Source of the DNA: Candidatus Tepidifontimicrobium thermophilum
Lineage (GTDB): Bacteria; Sysuimicrobiota; Sysuimicrobiia; Sysuimicrobiales; Sysuimicrobiaceae
DNA: 54,326 nucleotides
Direction of reading: 5' to 3'
Assembly: GCA_031459915.1 (NCBI GenBank)
Contig: JAVKHO010000019.1
Location: forward strand, 1 to 54,326
Shown: positions 53,207 through 54,326 of the stretch, piece by piece
Layout of the letters: every line of letters starts with the position of its first letter
Numbering within the stretch: position 1 is the first letter of the stretch
The notes under the pieces: generated by a model
Seen by the model: only the letters and a program-made list of their open reading frames with translations
The model's database searches: none
Told to the model about the DNA's origin: nothing
Position numbers and translations under genes: made by a program

Positions 53207-54326
53207 ATGGCCGTGAACCGACTCGACCTCCGGGTCGCCCCCGAACGCTTGCGTTGGGTGTGCGACCCGGGTCAGCTGGAGTTTGAGACCGTCGCGGAGC
53301 TCCCGCCGGAGCGGTCCCTGGTGGGGCAGGAGCGGGCCGTTCGGGCCCTGGACTTGGGTCTGTCCGTCCAGCAGCCCATGTTCCACGTGTTCGTGGTGGG
53401 CCCCGTGGGCACGGGCCGGACCACCTACACCCAGACCAAGGTCCGGGAGCTGGCCCGCACCCAGCCCACGCCTCCGGACTGGTGCTACGTGTACAACTTC
53501 AAGGACCCCAACCAGCCCCTGGCCCTGAGCTTCCCGCCCGGGGAGGGACGTCGGTTCGCGGCGGCCATGCAGTCCCTGGTAGAGGATCTGCGGAACGCGA
53601 TCCGCCAGGTGCTGGCCAGCGAGCACTTCGAAACGGTCAAGCGGCAGACGCTGGAGCGCCTGGAGGGGGAGGCAAACCGGGTCTGGCAGGAACTGGAAGC
53701 GTTCGCCCGGCAGAAGGGCTTCCTCATCCAGCGGACCCCTCTGGGCATCACCACGATCCCCATGAGTCCCTCCGGGCAGCCCATGACCCAGGAGGAGTTC
53801 GACCGGCTGCCGGGGCTCATCAAGGACCGTCTGGCCCAAGCCAACCGGGAGCTGCAGGAAGAGGTGGCGGAGGCGGTGCGCAAGGTCCGCGGGATCGAAC
53901 GCCAGGCGCGCGAGGCGGTGGCCCAGCTGGAACGGGAGGCGGTCCTGGCGGCCATCCGGGACCCCATCCAGCGTCTGCGGGACCGGTACCGGGACCTCCC
54001 GGCGGTGGTGGCATACCTGGACGCCCTCCAGGAGGACGTGCTGGAGCACAAGGACGCTTTCCGGGAGGAGGAGGGGCAGCCGCAGCTGCCCCCACCCCTT
54101 GCGGCCCTGCGGCGCAGCGTCCTGGAGCGCTACGAGGTGAACCTCCTGGTGGACAACAGCGACCTGCAGGGTGCCCCCGTGGTGTTCGAGACGAACCCCT
54201 CGTACTACAACCTGTTCGGCAAGGTGGAGTACCGGGGCGAGCTCGGCACCATGGTCACCGACTTCCGGATGATCCGCCCGGGAGCGGTCCACCGGGCCAA
54301 CGGGGGCTTTTTGATCCTGAACGCGA
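53207..54326 (+). CDS. LonC/LonB-like protease, N-terminal part (runs off the window)
   Basis: Manual translation: LRWVCDP...VGQERAVRAL...GPVGTGRTT...DWCYVYNFKDP...YEVNLLVDN...NLFGKVEY...HRANGGFLIL; AGGAGG SD. Confidence 0.88.
   Translation, partial: MAVNRLDLRVAPERLRWVCDPGQLEFETVAELPPERSLVGQERAVRALDLGLSVQQPMFHVFVVGPVGTGRTTYTQTKVRELARTQPTPPDWCYVYNFKDPNQPLALSFPPGEGRRFAAAMQSLVEDLRNAIRQVLASEHFETVKRQTLERLEGEANRVWQELEAFARQKGFLIQRTPLGITTIPMSPSGQPMTQEEFDRLPGLIKDRLAQANRELQEEVAEAVRKVRGIERQAREAVAQLEREAVLAAIRDPIQRLRDRYRDLPAVVAYLDALQEDVLEHKDAFREEEGQPQLPPPLAALRRSVLERYEVNLLVDNSDLQGAPVVFETNPSYYNLFGKVEYRGELGTMVTDFRMIRPGAVHRANGGFLILNA

Noticed and set aside
1..54326. CRISPR array, IS element, integrase, selenocysteine or recoding signals
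   Set aside because: No spaced direct repeats, transposase or recombinase motifs, or in-frame TGA within conserved genes were seen by eye

Overview
High-GC (about 70%) bacterial DNA, densely coding, with no integrase, transposase or CRISPR array visible. The gene repertoire suggests a thermophilic Terrabacteria-type organism, but that is inference only. Positions 1-49.3 kb form a low-oxygen / alternative-respiration neighbourhood, in this order: the end of a porDAB operon; a TtrBCA-like molybdoenzyme operon; a second, atypical Arr/Arx-like molybdoenzyme operon (FS0 motif CWIGKQDC; A-B-NrfD-small membrane protein-TorD-polyferredoxin-DUF411); CBS/BON/USP stress genes with an orphan Cys-rich GAF histidine kinase; an rrf2-nosZ(clade II)-nosBDFY-ytkA-nrdJ run; a Crp/Fnr-associated hemerythrin/DUF2249/Mrp/SufT/NnrS-like cluster; a PAS kinase-receiver-HD-GYP triad; and an A2-type heme-copper oxidase that has lost its K-channel residues. 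After tRNA-Lys(TTT) come housekeeping-type genes, including a LexA-boxed SplB-like radical SAM gene and a partial LonC-like protease. The strongest non-annotated signal is regulatory. An 18-bp palindrome ATCSGG-N6-CCSGAT recurs in five intergenic regions, usually starting 39-41 nt before a -10-like hexamer. A second palindrome, ACGGAC-N7-GTCCGT, is shared by the Arr/Arx-like and rrf2-nos promoters. Together they suggest a DosR-like hypoxia regulon that co-expresses an uncharacterised oxyanion molybdoenzyme with N2O reductase and a variant oxidase.
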